Below the pieces are notes generated by a model. The model was not told where the DNA came from. It saw only the letters and a list, made by a program, of their open reading frames with translations, and made no database searches. Of a stretch of DNA of 64,000 nucleotides, positions 1-14,727 are shown piece by piece. Position 1 is the first letter of the stretch, and the number at the start of each line of letters is the position of its first letter. Source of the DNA: the human T2T-CHM13v2.0 reference genome, Homo sapiens; the NCBI RefSeq assembly GCF_009914755.1, contig NC_060946.1; one strand, written 5' to 3'. The position numbers were made by a program, and so were the translations under genes.

Positions 1-689
1 AAGAGGTGAGAAAGTAAGAATTTTATTTGCTTATTCTCTAATACCAGGTGCTGATTAAAACTACACTTAGTAAAGAAGGACTTGCTGAATTTTCTCAATA
101 GCTTGATTCAAAATGTCAATTCTGTTGGCTGTGTGGGTAAAGAGTTTTAATTTCCTGGACTCCTTCCTTTCAGGATCATTGCAATGCATATTTTTCTGGG
201 AGTCAGAGAATCTGGGCTTTTTGCCATCTTCCTCACACCCTGGCTAGGGCTTAATTCAGATGGGATGGATTCCACACCCTGATATTTTTATCAGGGGCAT
301 GGTAGTCACCCAATGGAAAGCAGCTACAGAAATGTAGTCCTTGGTCTTAGCACCCAAAAGGTGAGGAGCACAGAGGTTCACTGGTAGTGCAGGGAATGGA
401 GAGGGTCCCTCACACACTGAGTGACAGAAGAGGTTGGCTGTGTCACTGGTATGTAAGGGTTGACACTAGCATTAGATAGGATTTTTCTTAGGATTCCATA
501 TCCGGGTAGATCAGAATCTCTTAACCTAGAGCACACTGTACCCACTTTAGAGCAGCTATAGATCCCTGGAACTATGTGAATTTTAGGTGCTTGCTTAGAC
601 AACTCTGAGAGGATGTGGAAGATTCCCTATGAAGAATATATGGCACAAAAGAAATCAAGAACCTCTGATGTACCAAAGGGTTATTATGA

Positions 690-1169
<480 letters not shown>

Positions 1170-2352
1170 TAAAGTTGAAATTTTGGCGAAAGCATAGCAG
1201 GCTGTCATCACAAAAATTCCAATGTGGACAAGAACCAGTATAAACTGTGACTTTCAGGAATTAGCACAGGGTTTGTAGCCAGAAAACCCGGATTGGGTCT
1301 GCCTATCTTTCAGTGCCCGTGTAACCTACAGCAAGTCCCATGACCCCTCTGAGGCTCAGTAGCCTCATCTGCAAAATGGCAATTATACTAACTGCTGCAC
1401 TGGGTAATTATTAGCATTAAAATGAAAGTGCTTTGCCATCTGCTAGAAGCTATGTTAAGTTTAAGGGCTGTTACTGATGTAGCTTTTTTCCTTTATTACC
1501 ATTCTGGAAGAAACAGCAGGTATATGGAGTCAAATGCTGAGAGCTAATTGGACCGGGCTTGACTTCCATTTTTTGTCTTTCTGTTTTTAGCTGACACACT
1601 AAAAATGCCTACAAAAATCCTTTAACAAAGACCATCAACCAAAGAGTTGTCAACAGTTCGAGAGACTGACCATGATAAATGAGCACCAAAATTAAGTTCA
1701 TGTGAATCAATGAAAGCATTTGGGTGGCGGGGTGTGGAGAAGGGACTGCATATTCTGGGGCAAGCAACGATCCAAACTAGCAGTCATAAAGGGTTCTTCA
1801 TACACATCCTGTTTTGGTATGCACGCTTGCCACCACCCGTTTTGGCACCGGCTATCACCCCCACCCAAACCAGCAGGAAGACCAACTCCCAAGAATGAAT
1901 GTAAGAAGTGGAGACGCAGGATGCTCAATCTTTTCCTTCCCAAGAGTGCAAACTGTTCCAGCGTCTCCTGCTCTTGACCCACTGATGGTCAAAGAGGCTC
2001 AAGACTGAGACAGGTGAGCACACAATCTCATTTAGCACGAGTATCGACACAGGGAATTCCAAAAGGTTAACATACCAGTGGTCAAATATTTTGAATCTGA
2101 CCTTCTAGGCTTCTCTTTGACATAGGCCAGGCATGTTTATATCTAGCTTTCATACCACAGCCCAGTCTAAGACCCTGGATCAGTCTATTTTCACTCCAGT
2201 ATACTTTTTGGCAAAGTGCAAACCAATTTTTTTAAAAAAGCTACTGCCTCTTTCTGAAGTCCCCATAATCAATACGTCTAAGTGATCTGTTTAGAATACA
2301 AATTCCAGGTCACCTGTGCCCTCCTGCAAATAACATCCCACCTGGCTGAAGT

Positions 2353-2672
<320 letters not shown>

Positions 2673-2929
2673 TGAAGACTTTTAAATCACCACCATCATC
2701 AGTTATCTATCAGGACTCCCCTTGGGCATGTGATTAAGATGTGTATTGTTCAGGTAAAATAGTTGAGTAGTACCTACAAGTGACGTTATAACCTTCTTTT
2801 ACTCTTGATAAGAAGTTAGCCTTGGATATCTCAGATTCTTCAATAACCAATTATTAATGAAACTTAACACCTGCTGTACTTTTTAGACATCAAACTGTAA
2901 CAAGAACTCATATCAAAAAGACTACTTTC

Positions 2930-3215
2930 AGCCAGGCACAATGGCTCATGACTGTAATCCCAGCACTTTGGGGAGGTCGAGGTGGACGGATCACCTGAGG
3001 TCAGGAGTTCGAGCATGGTGAAACCTCGTCTCTACTAAAAATACAAAAATTAGCCGGGCGTGGGTGGCAGGCGCCTGTAATCCCAGCTACCTAGGAGGCC
3101 GAGGCAATTGCTTGAACCCAGGAGGCAGAGGATTCAGTGAGCCAAGATTGCCCCACTGCACTCCTGCCTGGGCAACAGAGCAACACTCCGTCTCAAAAAA
3201 AAAAAAAAAAAAAAA
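2930..3215 (+). mobile_element. Alu (AluS, small internal deletions)
   Basis: Dimer with A tail; gactacttt on both flanks. Confidence 0.9.
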
Positions 3216-4544
3216 TGATGACGACTACTTTTTATGGCCTATTCAACACAGCTCATGGTTGGATTCTTCTTCGGACCGAACCATGAATACACTCAGAACA
3301 TGAACACACCACTCACTGCAGAGTATTATTTAAGGATTTGTTGGCAACTGGCCAAGAAGGAGGTTCTATGCTAGTCACTGATCACTGAGGTAGAAACACA
3401 CTCTACAACAGCAGAAGCGAGACAAGGATGTTGACACAAATGCAACGTAAAATGCCTGGGACTGATGTGCCTTCTCCTGTGATAAAAGAGAAGATTCCTG
3501 AAGCCACATACCTAACACAATTTTCTCTCAGCTTCAACTCTAGGGATCAGGTCAGCCTCACTTCTGGAAAACATGTTTCACTGTGATGTTTATCAAATGC
3601 AACTTAAACTAGGGATTCAACTACAATTACACAGTCACATTCCTGTAGTGAGGACACATCATCTCACTAGGTAGGGTTCTCTGCCTCTTAAAGAATGAAA
3701 AGATAAGGAAACGATCACCAAATGGGTTACACCACCATATCCTGCAACTGAGCTCTGACGGAAGCGGGAGTCCGAGGGCACTGACCGGACTGGGGCAGAG
3801 GGCCAACTGCAAGGTTTGGGGAAAGCCTTTTCTGGGCTCCTATTGGAAAGGGGCACTGGGTGGATCATAGCCAAACTTCTTTGACACACAGGGGCAGCAG
3901 TTGAGAGATGATCACACAGAGCTTTCAGTAACTCCCAAATGGACTAGAGCGTATGAGAGATGATAAAGGCCCAGAGAGAGAGGATTTGCCCTTGCCTTAG
4001 TCCCCACCCAAACTCACTCACTGATGAAGTATCCACTGAGACTTAATGTCTTTGATAGTGTAACACTCCACTTAAAAGCAAACAAGTGCTATTTTCTTGA
4101 AACCTACAATTTTAGTTAAAAAAAAAAATTGTTAAAAAAAATAGGAGTGGGGATGGAGGACAGATCACTCTCAAACCAGACCCTCATCTGCCCTGGAATC
4201 ACTACTGCATTCCCACTGGTAAACATTTCTGTCTCTTGGTAAGTTGCCCAGAAATTTAAAAACATTTCTAACACAGCCACTTGTTTGTTTGCTTTCAAGA
4301 GAAAGAGGTTAAAAAGAAACATCTACTCCCAGGAAGAGGGCAAGCTCATAAAATGATAGTCCTGCTAATATATGACCAAAAGGAGAATGATCTTAACAGA
4401 GTAGTACCATGCTGACTAGTGGTTCTTTGATTTCTAACAATTTATAGCAATTGTCTTTTAATCCACTGATAGGAAAGAAAGTAAAATTAAGAACTGTATT
4501 TATTGGAAAACAGTTCCTATTCCTTTTGGGTGGGGGTGTGAGGG

Positions 4545-4806
4545 AGGCAGGGTCTCACTCTGTTGCCCAGGCTAGAGTGCAGTGGCACAATCTCAGCTCC
4601 CAGGCTAAGCGATCCTCTTGCCTCAGCCTCCTAAGCTGTGACTACAGGCACTTGCTACCACATCCAGCTAATTTCTGTATTTTTTGTAGAGATTAGATTT
4701 CGCCATGTTGTCCAGGCTGGTCTCAAACTCCTGAGCTCAAGCAATCCACTCACCTTGGCCTCCCAAAGTGCTGAAATTACAGGCATGAGCCACTACACCC
4801 AGCCCA
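4545..4806 (-). mobile_element. Alu (AluJ-like)
   Basis: Diverged antisense Alu. Confidence 0.85.
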
Positions 4807-5154
4807 GTTGCATTCCTAAATACTAGTTTTGACATAACTTAGAGGTAGGTGTGTGTGTGTGTGTATATTAAAGCTGCTTTCATAGTCACAACATCAAGAT
4901 GGTGGATCCAAGCTCCTCCATTCTTAAATGAGAATATTACTTCCTACATTTCAAAAGCACGAACAATACATCATCTCATTTGATCTCCAAACTCACTCTG
5001 TGGGTAAGTTATCACTCCATGGGTAACTAATTCTGTGAGTAACCTTTAAGATGGGTTATTATCCCAACTATATGAAACTGGGAGTTCAGAAAAGTTACTG
5101 AGTTGCCCAAAGTCTTCTAACTCCTAAGTAACAGAGCAAGGTCTAAGACTCTCT

Positions 5155-5488
5155 TTCTTTTGTTCGTATGCATGTATGTATATATTTGTGTATTTATCTT
5201 GAGACAGGGTCTTGCTCTGTCATCCAGGCTGGAGTGCAGTGGCATGAACACAGCTCACTGCAACCTTGACCTTCTGGGTTTAAGGCTCAAGCCATCCTCC
5301 TGTCTCAGCCTACTAAGTTGCTAAGGCCACAAGCATGTGATATCATGCCTGGCTAATTTTTAAAAACTTTTTGGAGAGATGGGGGTCTATCTTGCCCCAG
5401 CTGGTTTCAAACTCCTGGGCTCAAGAGACCTTCCTGCCTTGGCCTCACCATGTGCTGGGACTGCAAATGTGAGCCACTGTGCCTGGCC
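5155..5488 (-). mobile_element. Alu (AluJ-like)
   Basis: Diverged antisense Alu. Confidence 0.85.
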
Positions 5489-5504
5489 TAAAACTCCACT
5501 TTCT

Positions 5505-5707
5505 AATACAGTAGCAACTAGCCAAATGTGACTATTTAATTAGAATAGCCACATGTGCCTATTTAAATCTAAATTAATTAAAATTAAATAAAAATTAAAA
5601 TTCAGTTTTTCAACTCAAGTATGTTCAACAGCACATGCGGCTAATGGTTAGTCTTATAGAAATAGTTCTATCTTCACTTAACATACTATTGGACAGGGCT
5701 GGTCTAG
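5505..5707. mobile_element. MER3/MER33-like hAT fragment
   Basis: tagccacatgtg..ctatttaaat..aattaattaaaattaaataaaa..ttcagtt..ctattggacag motif set. Confidence 0.65.
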
Positions 5708-5753
5708 CACCTAGTTCTTTTGAATTCATAACTTGGAGAAAAGATCCCATGGC

Positions 5754-6175
<422 letters not shown>

Positions 6176-6192
6176 GATCCCATGGTATCCCA

Positions 6193-6476
6193 GTATGTAT
6201 GTATGTATGTATGTATGTATGTATGTATTTATGAGATGAAGTCTCACTCTGTCGCCCAGACTGGAGTGCAGTGGTGCAACCTCCACCTCCCAGGTTCAAG
6301 CAATTCCCCCTGCTTCAGCCTCCCAAGTAGCTGGGACTACAGGCATGCACCACCACGCCTGGTTAATTTTTGTGTGTGTGTATTTTTAGTAGAGACTGGG
6401 TTTCGCCATGGTAACCAGGCTGGCCTCGGCCTCCCAAAGTGCTGGGATTACAGGCATAAGCCACCAGGCTCAGCCC
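6193..6476 (-). mobile_element. Alu with (TATG)n tail and internal deletions
   Basis: Antisense Alu; tatg repeat 6193-6227. Confidence 0.85.
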
Positions 6477-6786
6477 ATCCAAGTATTTAATAAAGATAGC
6501 CTGATAGTGACAATGTCAAATCATAACCCCTTCCGGTCTTATTACGAGAAACACTGAAGATTTAGGAAGTTGGTTTATCTTTCCAGGGGCTATAAAAACT
6601 AAAAAATGAAAAATTACTTATAATTTTTAGCAGGGGGGTATATGAAAAATCTCCATATCTTCTGCTCAACTTTGCTGTGAAACTGAAACTTCTGTAAAAA
6701 AAAAAAATACTATTTTAAAAGATTCAGGGGAGCCTCTCTGCACCTATTCTGGTTCGGGGATTGTTCAATAAATAAAATTAAACTTA

Positions 6787-7075
6787 GGCCAGTTGCAGTG
6801 GCTCACGCCTGTGATCTCAGCACTTTGGGAGGCCGAGACAAGCAGATCATTTTGAGCCCAGAGTTTGAGACCAACCTGGGCAACATGGCAAAACCGCATT
6901 TCTACTAATAATACAAAAACTAGCTGGACGTGCTGGCCCGCACCTGTAGTCTCAGCTACTCAGAAGGCTGAGGTGGGAGGATGGTTTGGGCCAGGAGGCA
7001 GAGGTTGCAGTGAGCTGAGATTGCGCCACTGCACTCCAGCCTGGATAACAGAACCAGATCCTGTCTCAAAAATAT
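6787..7075 (+). mobile_element. Alu (AluJ-like)
   Basis: Sense dimer. Confidence 0.88.
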
Positions 7076-7463
7076 ATATAAACAAATTTTAAAAAGTTTT
7101 CTTTTGGCTCATTTTATATCTTTATTATCACCATTACTGTTACTGTATCGGCTCAGCCTATCATAAAATAAGTTGAAGTCTCTGTATCCTTTGATTTCTT
7201 TTGTCATCTCTGCACAAACTGGGCTAGCCTAAGGTCCTAGATTCTGTCTACTGGTTACTAAATCCTGAACATCTCATTAGTGAGTCACAATCTAATCCAT
7301 TTTTTTAAAAAATTTAGTTTTAAAAGAGCTTTACCAAAATGTATTTGATTCACATGTACTCAGGAAAAAGAATGTTGAAACCTAGGTTGCATATTTGGTG
7401 AAGAATAATGTAAGTTAACGATTCCCAAGTTACAAATAACAAAAACATCATTAAGAATTGCAG

Positions 7464-7750
7464 GACCAGGCATAGTGGCTCACGCCTGTAATCCCAGCAC
7501 TTTGGGAGGCTGAGGTGGGCAGATCACCTGAGGTCAGGAGTTCAAGACCAGCCTGGCCAACATGGCGAAACCACGTCTCTACTATAAATACAAAAATTAG
7601 CTGGGCGTGGTGGCCGGTCCCTGTAATCTGAGCTACTTGGGAGGCTGAGGCAAGAAAATCGCTTGAACCCAGGAGGCGGAGGTTGCAGTGAGCTTAGATG
7701 GCGCCACTGCACTCCAATCCAGCCTGGGAGAGCAAGTGAGATTTTGTCAA
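7464..7750 (+). mobile_element. Alu (AluSx-like)
   Basis: Sense dimer whose tail has become a GAAA array. Confidence 0.9.
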
Positions 7751-7817
7751 GAAAGAAAGGAAAGAAAAGAAAAAGAAAGAAAGAAAGAGAGAGAGAGACA
7801 GAATGAAAGAAAGAAAG

Positions 7818-7876
<59 letters not shown>

Positions 7877-7916
7877 AGGAAAGAAAGAAAGAGAAAGAAA
7901 GAAAAAGAGAGAGAGA
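7749..7916. repeat. (GAAA)n purine-rich microsatellite
   Basis: Directly visible imperfect tetranucleotide array. Confidence 0.95.
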
Positions 7917-9184
7917 TATGCAACTTCAGACAGAGAGAGACCGTAGTAATCAATCCTGGCACTTTTAAGAAGAAATTTTAACTCTGCTATGGGTGCACAG
8001 GAACATCATTAGAAATGAAAAAAACAAGCTCTGTCAAGAAGACAGAGCAAGGTCTTCGAAGATCTATACGACAAAAATAATTATTTCCTCACGTGTTATT
8101 CAAGGTTTTTCTACTACTGGCACATGGGAAAATAGTAAGTTGAGGGTTAACTGTAGCATTAGAAACATGGTACTATATGCTTTATTTCAAGGATTCTCAA
8201 TTATAAAAGACTGACAAGAGACAAACAAGCTTCTCTCACATCCAGAAAGAATACAGGAGGAGACCCTTTTCTGATTTGTCTAGGTCAGAAAAACTTCCAT
8301 GTTTTCCTTTGAAAGGTTATCCTCTGCAACAGCTCTCATGCCAGAACGTTTTTCTTAAATTTTCACCTTAACCTTATGACCTTGTACACCTTTAAACATC
8401 AAAGAGAAAGGCTTCAGGGGAAGCTTTGAGAACAAAGTGTACCAAATATGACCAGTTTCTTCTGTGAGTCTTCATCCTGGATACAGTGGCATTCCTGGTC
8501 TTAATCTTTGGATTTCAAGACCAGCTCCCTATCTCTGCCATCTGTCCTATCCCTCAAGATATGTGCGAGACATCATTAGTGAAAATTTAGGGCCTAGACC
8601 ATACAAGCCTCTGCTATCTGGCACTCTGTATTTGGTAGAGTTAAGTGACGTTAAATTTGAAACTTATGTTTACATGATGAGAATAAAGAATACTGCAAAA
8701 TGATTCTGTTTAATAGCACATCAGAAACCAACTTCTGTATCTCACAGTTGAGATGCTATGATCAGAGCATATCAAGCAGTACAGAGAGGTATATAGGAAT
8801 TAGGGGATTCTTTAATCCCTTCAACTTTATGGAAAGGTCAGACCCCAACACTGAATGACATATAGAAACAGAACAACCCTGAAGGGAAGGGAACCACTGA
8901 AGCACACTGTGTCCTACAGATATGACGATGTCAGGACTGACAGCCAGTCCTACGTGGTAACTATGTGCAAGTGTTCTGGAAGATGAGGTAGATGGGTTTT
9001 TTTCCTTCCTGGAGGCAGCAAAATTCAAAGGAGAAGAATTTGATAAAAGATATCAACCAGAAATGATGAGACAAAATACAGCCATAACTAACGTGCCCAT
9101 TCCCTCGGCTTGAGGGCTCTGCCTACCTCCTAAGTTGTACAACAAACTTAAATCTGAGAGCTGTTTTCAGAAACACCTCAGGCT

Positions 9185-9479
9185 GGCCGGGCGTGGAGGC
9201 TCATGCCTGTAATCTCAGCACTTTGGAAGGCCGAGGTGGGCAGATCACTTGAGGTCAGGAGTTCGAGACCACCCTGGCCAACATGGCGAAACTCCATCTC
9301 TAAAATACAAAAATTAGCTGGGTATGGTGGTGCACACCTATAGTCCCAGCTACTCGGGAAGGCTGAGGCGAGATAATTGCTTGAACCCAGGAGGCAGAGG
9401 CTGCAGTGAGCTGAGATCGCGCCACTGCACTCCAGCCTCGGCGACAGAGTGAGACTTTGTCTCAAAAAAAAAAAAAAAA
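9185..9479 (+). mobile_element. Alu (AluS-like) followed by a G-rich segment and a second A24 tract
   Basis: Dimer with gatcacttgaggtcaggagttcgag; unique 9480-9628; A run 9629-9652. Confidence 0.9.
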
Positions 9480-10167
9480 GACATGGAGTGGAGGGTGAGG
9501 AGTGGGATTAGTGGGAGTCAGCAGGATGACGGGGTGTTGGGGCGGCAGAGGATGTTGGAGATTACAAAAGGAGTCGGGGGACACAGGGTAGTGGTGAGGG
9601 AGGGTTACTCACTAGGTAGGGGTCTGGCAAAAAAAAAAAAAAAAAAAAAAAAGAGCCTCGTTTTTGGGAACACCAGACCCTATCCATGTACCAACAGGGA
9701 CGTAAATGAGGAGGAAATTCACACCTGAAACTATTCCCAGTCCTCAACATTCTCTCTCATAATCTAAGCATTTCTTACCTACTTCCTTCTCTAGAAAAGC
9801 TGATAACAAGACTATGTCCATAGCTGAAGGTGGATCTTGGTATATGGGAAAATGCAATATTCTCATAGAAGCAGGTCATTTCTATTCCCACAGGAAAGGC
9901 AATTATTCTCACTTCACAGACACAGAGAACAACCCAAAGTATACAATTAGATATTCAGGACAATTTTAGAATCCGGGCTCCTGACAGAATGGGAGTGTTG
10001 TTTCAAACTCCATGCCCAGAATTCCAACAGGTTTTCAATAGAGCGGTATCTATTTCAGTTTGTCAGACTCTCTCTCTCATATACACATGCACACACTGTA
10101 CTTTACAACTGGCTGTCTTCATTCATTCCTTCATTCAGTGCCAGGCACTGGGGACGGGACTGATAAA

Positions 10168-10170
<3 letters not shown>

Positions 10171-10262
<92 letters not shown>
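10171..10262. repeat. Compound (CA)n(TA)n microsatellite
   Basis: Directly visible. Confidence 0.95.
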
Positions 10263-10263
<1 letters not shown>

Positions 10264-10350
10264 GAATGATACTTTCTCAAGGAGATCATAGTCTAGCAGG
10301 AGATACAAGCATATAAGCAGATAACCGCAATAACCAAAGCATCATTTGTC

Positions 10351-10654
<304 letters not shown>

Positions 10655-11309
10655 TAAGTAAGGAGACTAATAGATAAATCCTATTAAACAATGATCTCCA
10701 GTAGCCCCTGCTACTACAGGAAAGACAGGAAAAAGAAAGCAGGGCACTCAATCTGTGCACTGCTTTTAGACCCTGAACATACTACAGGTCCTGAGAAGTA
10801 GCATTATGCTCTCAGAATTAGTGCTGTAATTACAGTTAGTAGCCCATGTGTCAGCACTGAATTGCTCTTTATTTTGTGTATGGGTACGTTTTGGCAGCCC
10901 AAATTTTGGCTGTTCAATGCCTTGAGGGCAGATACCATGCCTCTTACTTCTTTAATCTTGGTAGCATCTAGGACTACCCTAGGCACAAAGTAGACACTAA
11001 GTATATGATGTCCTTGGTGAAAGGGACAAGTAGATGAGAAACTGGGTAGCTATCTTGTTTCTCCACAGTATGGACTGGGAGGTTTGGAGTGTATTGTAAA
11101 GCACAGCATTGCCCTACCTGATCACATTGCTGATACAATGAACAAGCCACCTAACACTTTAAGAACTGGGGGTAGAGAGTCCTTCACTGGAGGGCCACAG
11201 AAGACAGCATAATGTAGGTAAATAGTCTGGCAGTGAACTGCAGTAAACAAAAAGATTAATTTGGGACTTAAGCTCCCTGGGCTGATGTTTAGGATAGAAA
11301 TAGACCCCA

Positions 11310-11624
11310 AGCCGGGCAAGGTGGCTCACACCTGTAATCCCAGCACTTTGGGAGGGTTAGGCAGGAGGACCGCTTGAGCCCAGGAGTTCAAGACCAGTCT
11401 GAGCAACATAGGTAGACTCCATCTCTATAAAAAGTAAAAATAATTAGCCAGGCATGATGGCTCACACCTACAGTCCCAGGGCTATTCAGGAGGCTGAGGT
11501 GGGAAGATCTGCTTGAAAGCCAGAGAGGTGGACGCTGCAGTGAGCCATGATCATGCCATTGCACTTTAGCCTGGATGACAGAGCAAGAACTTGTCTCAAA
11601 AAAAAAAAAAAAAAAAAAAAAAAA
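11310..11624 (+). mobile_element. Alu (AluJ-like)
   Basis: TSD agaaatagacccca on both sides. Confidence 0.9.
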
Positions 11625-11763
11625 GTTAAAAGAAATAGACCCCAGGCTTCTTACACTTGTTATAAGGTTCTCTTAGAAATGGACCCTATCACTATTGTGG
11701 TAGGTCCATTCTGACTTGCTTAAAAGCCTTCAATGGCTTCCCATTGCACTTAAAACCAAATCC

Positions 11764-12202
<439 letters not shown>

Positions 12203-12299
12203 TTAAAATTAAAAGCCAAATCCACCTCCTCCATGTGGGTGATAATGCCCTGGCTCTAGCCCTGCCCACCTTACCCATCTTCACTTGCCCCTTCTCTCT

Positions 12300-12749
12300 C
12301 TCCACCATGCCCCAGCCACACTGGCTTACTTGATGATCTCCAAACACACCAACTTCTGGCCTGCACCAGGCCCAGACACTTGCTTTTTCTTCTCTCTGAG
12401 CCCTCTTCCTGCTTTCTGAATGGCCAGCTTCATCTGATCCTTTAGATCTCAGCTCAAATCTTTCCTCTTCAGTGAGGCCTTTCTTGAACATCTTATTCGA
12501 AGTGACTCCATCTTATTCCTATTACTTATTAACACACCAATCAGTTAATTTACTTGATAGTACTTACCAGGCTCTGAACTTACCAACTGCATTTCAAGGT
12601 GATCCCTGCTCTGAAATTTCTTGTCTACTACTAGTCTTGCCCTTCTAAATATAAATCACCTGAGAGCAAGAGCTGGATTTATCTTGCTGCATCAACTATC
12701 ACATATTAGGTACTCAAAGATTTTGAATGAATGAATGAATGAATGAATG
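12300..12749 (+). mobile_element. L2 3' fragment
   Basis: tctcagctcaaat..cctcttcagtgaggccttt; taggtactcaa..(tgaa)n L2 tail. Confidence 0.7.
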
Positions 12750-13292
12750 AGAGCTAGGAAAATATGGTAGCAGTCAGCCAGCAGACAATGAGTTAAAGTG
12801 AAAAACATCAGTTCTCCCACCATGAAGCCAGAAGTTGTATGATTGTTTTTTGACTTACAGTGTATCCAAGTAGTGATAACATACAAACAGAAAAGAGAGC
12901 CTATGTTCTCTGCTGATGATTTAAAAAAGAAAGGTCCGAAAGATCAAAACCTCACCAGCTCCAGTTTCAGCTCCGTTTATAATGCTGTTGGTATTAAAGG
13001 CAAATTTCCTTACTTCTAACAGATTCCAAGGTTTGGTTTCATTTTTCCCCTAAGGGATGGACTTCTGCACCCACTGAGCCCGGTGCCGTGATAGCGCCAT
13101 CAACGACTCTACTCAGCCATGCTCACGCCCAGGCCAGCCTTAGAGTATCTCAGGATCTCACTCTACATAAAACTGTGGTTGATTCAAAATACCAGAAAAG
13201 AGGTTTCTCTTCCTAAGAACCAGAACATGAAGGCAAAGCATATGGGAGAAGTGGTTCTTCCTCACAATACACCAGGCTCAAGATCTGCCCCT

Positions 13293-13302
13293 CCTATAAA
13301 GG
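13293..13302. promoter_or_regulatory. Consensus CArG box (SRF site)
   Basis: CCTATAAAGG fits CC(A/T)6GG. Motif match only. Confidence 0.25.
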
Positions 13303-13613
13303 GAAGTATAACAGAGTGAAAACTCTTTTAAAGGTGCAATTCCAAAGTAAAGGAAAATTCAGTGGCACCCTTTACACCTAATTTAAACCAGGCTTGACCC
13401 TTTAAACACAGTTTGTTTCACTGAACTTGATCAATTAGTTATCTTAACTATTTAGTGATTGAGCTCTAAACTTGGAAAGTCATGAGAAAGAAGAGAGTGG
13501 AAAATAAAACGCATCATCCTTGTTTTATGTTAGATGCTTCCCATGGCATACTCGGTGAACACAGCCATGTCCTAAAAGCAATCTACCAAATGCTGAGAGA
13601 GAGAGGCACTTAC

Positions 13614-13679
13614 GCGGCATGATCCCTTGGCTCACCAGTTCTTCCCGGGTCCGGCGCTGCTGGAGTTTCAACTGTAGCA
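13614..13679 (-). CDS. MRTFA: MRTFA internal coding exon (RPEL1 motif; contains the MPPLKS start Met)
   Basis: Minus strand: polypyrimidine tract, ctgcag|TG CTA CAG TTG AAA CTC CAG CAG CGC CGG ACC CGG GAA GAA CTG GTG AGC CAA GGG ATC ATG CCG C|gtaagt. 66 nt, phase 1/1. Peptide VLQLKLQQRRTREELVSQGIMP matches MRTF-A (MRTF-B has QLRL/EQLVD). ATG at 13620-13618. Confidence 0.97.
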
Positions 13680-14409
13680 CTGCAGGGCAGCAGAGAGAGA
13701 GGAGAGATGAGGGGTCAGTTGGGTATTCCACCTCAAAAAACACATTTTCAAACGCAAAAAAAGTCTAAAAACAGAAGGATGTAGTGTGAAAGAAGGGTCC
13801 CCTTGAAGTGCAACTGTCTGTAATTGCAGAAGTGGCCTGATACAGCAGAGTTTCCGTATTCTGCTGTGGGCGGTGAGAGGAAGTTGCGAAGGGTCTTGCA
13901 GGGCGATAACAATCCACAAAGCATCAGAGTCTTGCCTTTTGCTCAAAACCTCCAAAACACTGAGTCCTCCTCCTAAAACTTTTTTAAAAACACCTCTTCC
14001 AAACTCAAAATATCCTAACGAGGACCACCACCCAGCAAAAAAAGCTTTCCAGATGCTCTACGCTTAACAAATGTTTACCACCATAAGTATAGTGAATGAA
14101 AGAACTACTCACACAGATCAGGAAGTACTATTTGTAAACTCTTTTTCTTTTGTATCTAAAAATTATAGCCATTTCACCAAGCAATGCCTTTTTCTAGCCT
14201 AGAAAATATTTTACCGTTAATATGCCTCTGTTTTTCTTCTTTCTCTTCACTTAGAGCCTTTTCTGTTGAGGTGAAACAATTCAGCTAGATGACTCAAAGC
14301 ACATCCGGGCTAGGGGAGACTGATGGGTGTTTCTCTTATTTTCACTCTGGCAATACTGCTTAATGAAAAAACTTAATAGGGATTTTTTTTAAGTTAAAAA
14401 TCAACTATC

Positions 14410-14727
14410 AGCCAGGCACAGTGGCTCATGCCTACATGTAATCCCAGCACTTTGGAAGACCGAGGCGGGCGGATCACAAGGTCAGGAGTTCGAGACCAGC
14501 CTGGCCAAGACAGTGAAACCCCATCTATACTAAAAATACAAAAATTAGTCGGGTGTGGTGGTGCGCGCCTGTAGTCCCAGCTACTCAGGAGGCTGAGGCA
14601 GGAGAATTGCTTGAACCTGGGAGGCGGAGGTTGCAGTGAGCCGAGATCACACTACTCTCTCTCACTCCAGCCTGGGTAACGAGAGTGAGATGCTGTCTCA
14701 GGAAAAAAAAAAAAAAAAAAAAAAACA
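14410..14727 (+). mobile_element. Alu (AluSg-like)
   Basis: Sense dimer; caactatc on both flanks. Confidence 0.9.

Noticed and set aside
7688-7981. Lys/Glu/Arg-rich ORF
   Set aside because: Translation of the (GAAA)n microsatellite.
9165-9660. TSD around the 9185 Alu plus its extension
   Set aside because: Flanks (gaaacacctcaggct vs aagagcctcgttt) match too poorly, so this copy cannot itself be called a transduced insertion.
13525-13743. 72-aa ORF as an intact gene
   Set aside because: Only 13614-13679 is exon; the flanks are intron read through the splice sites.
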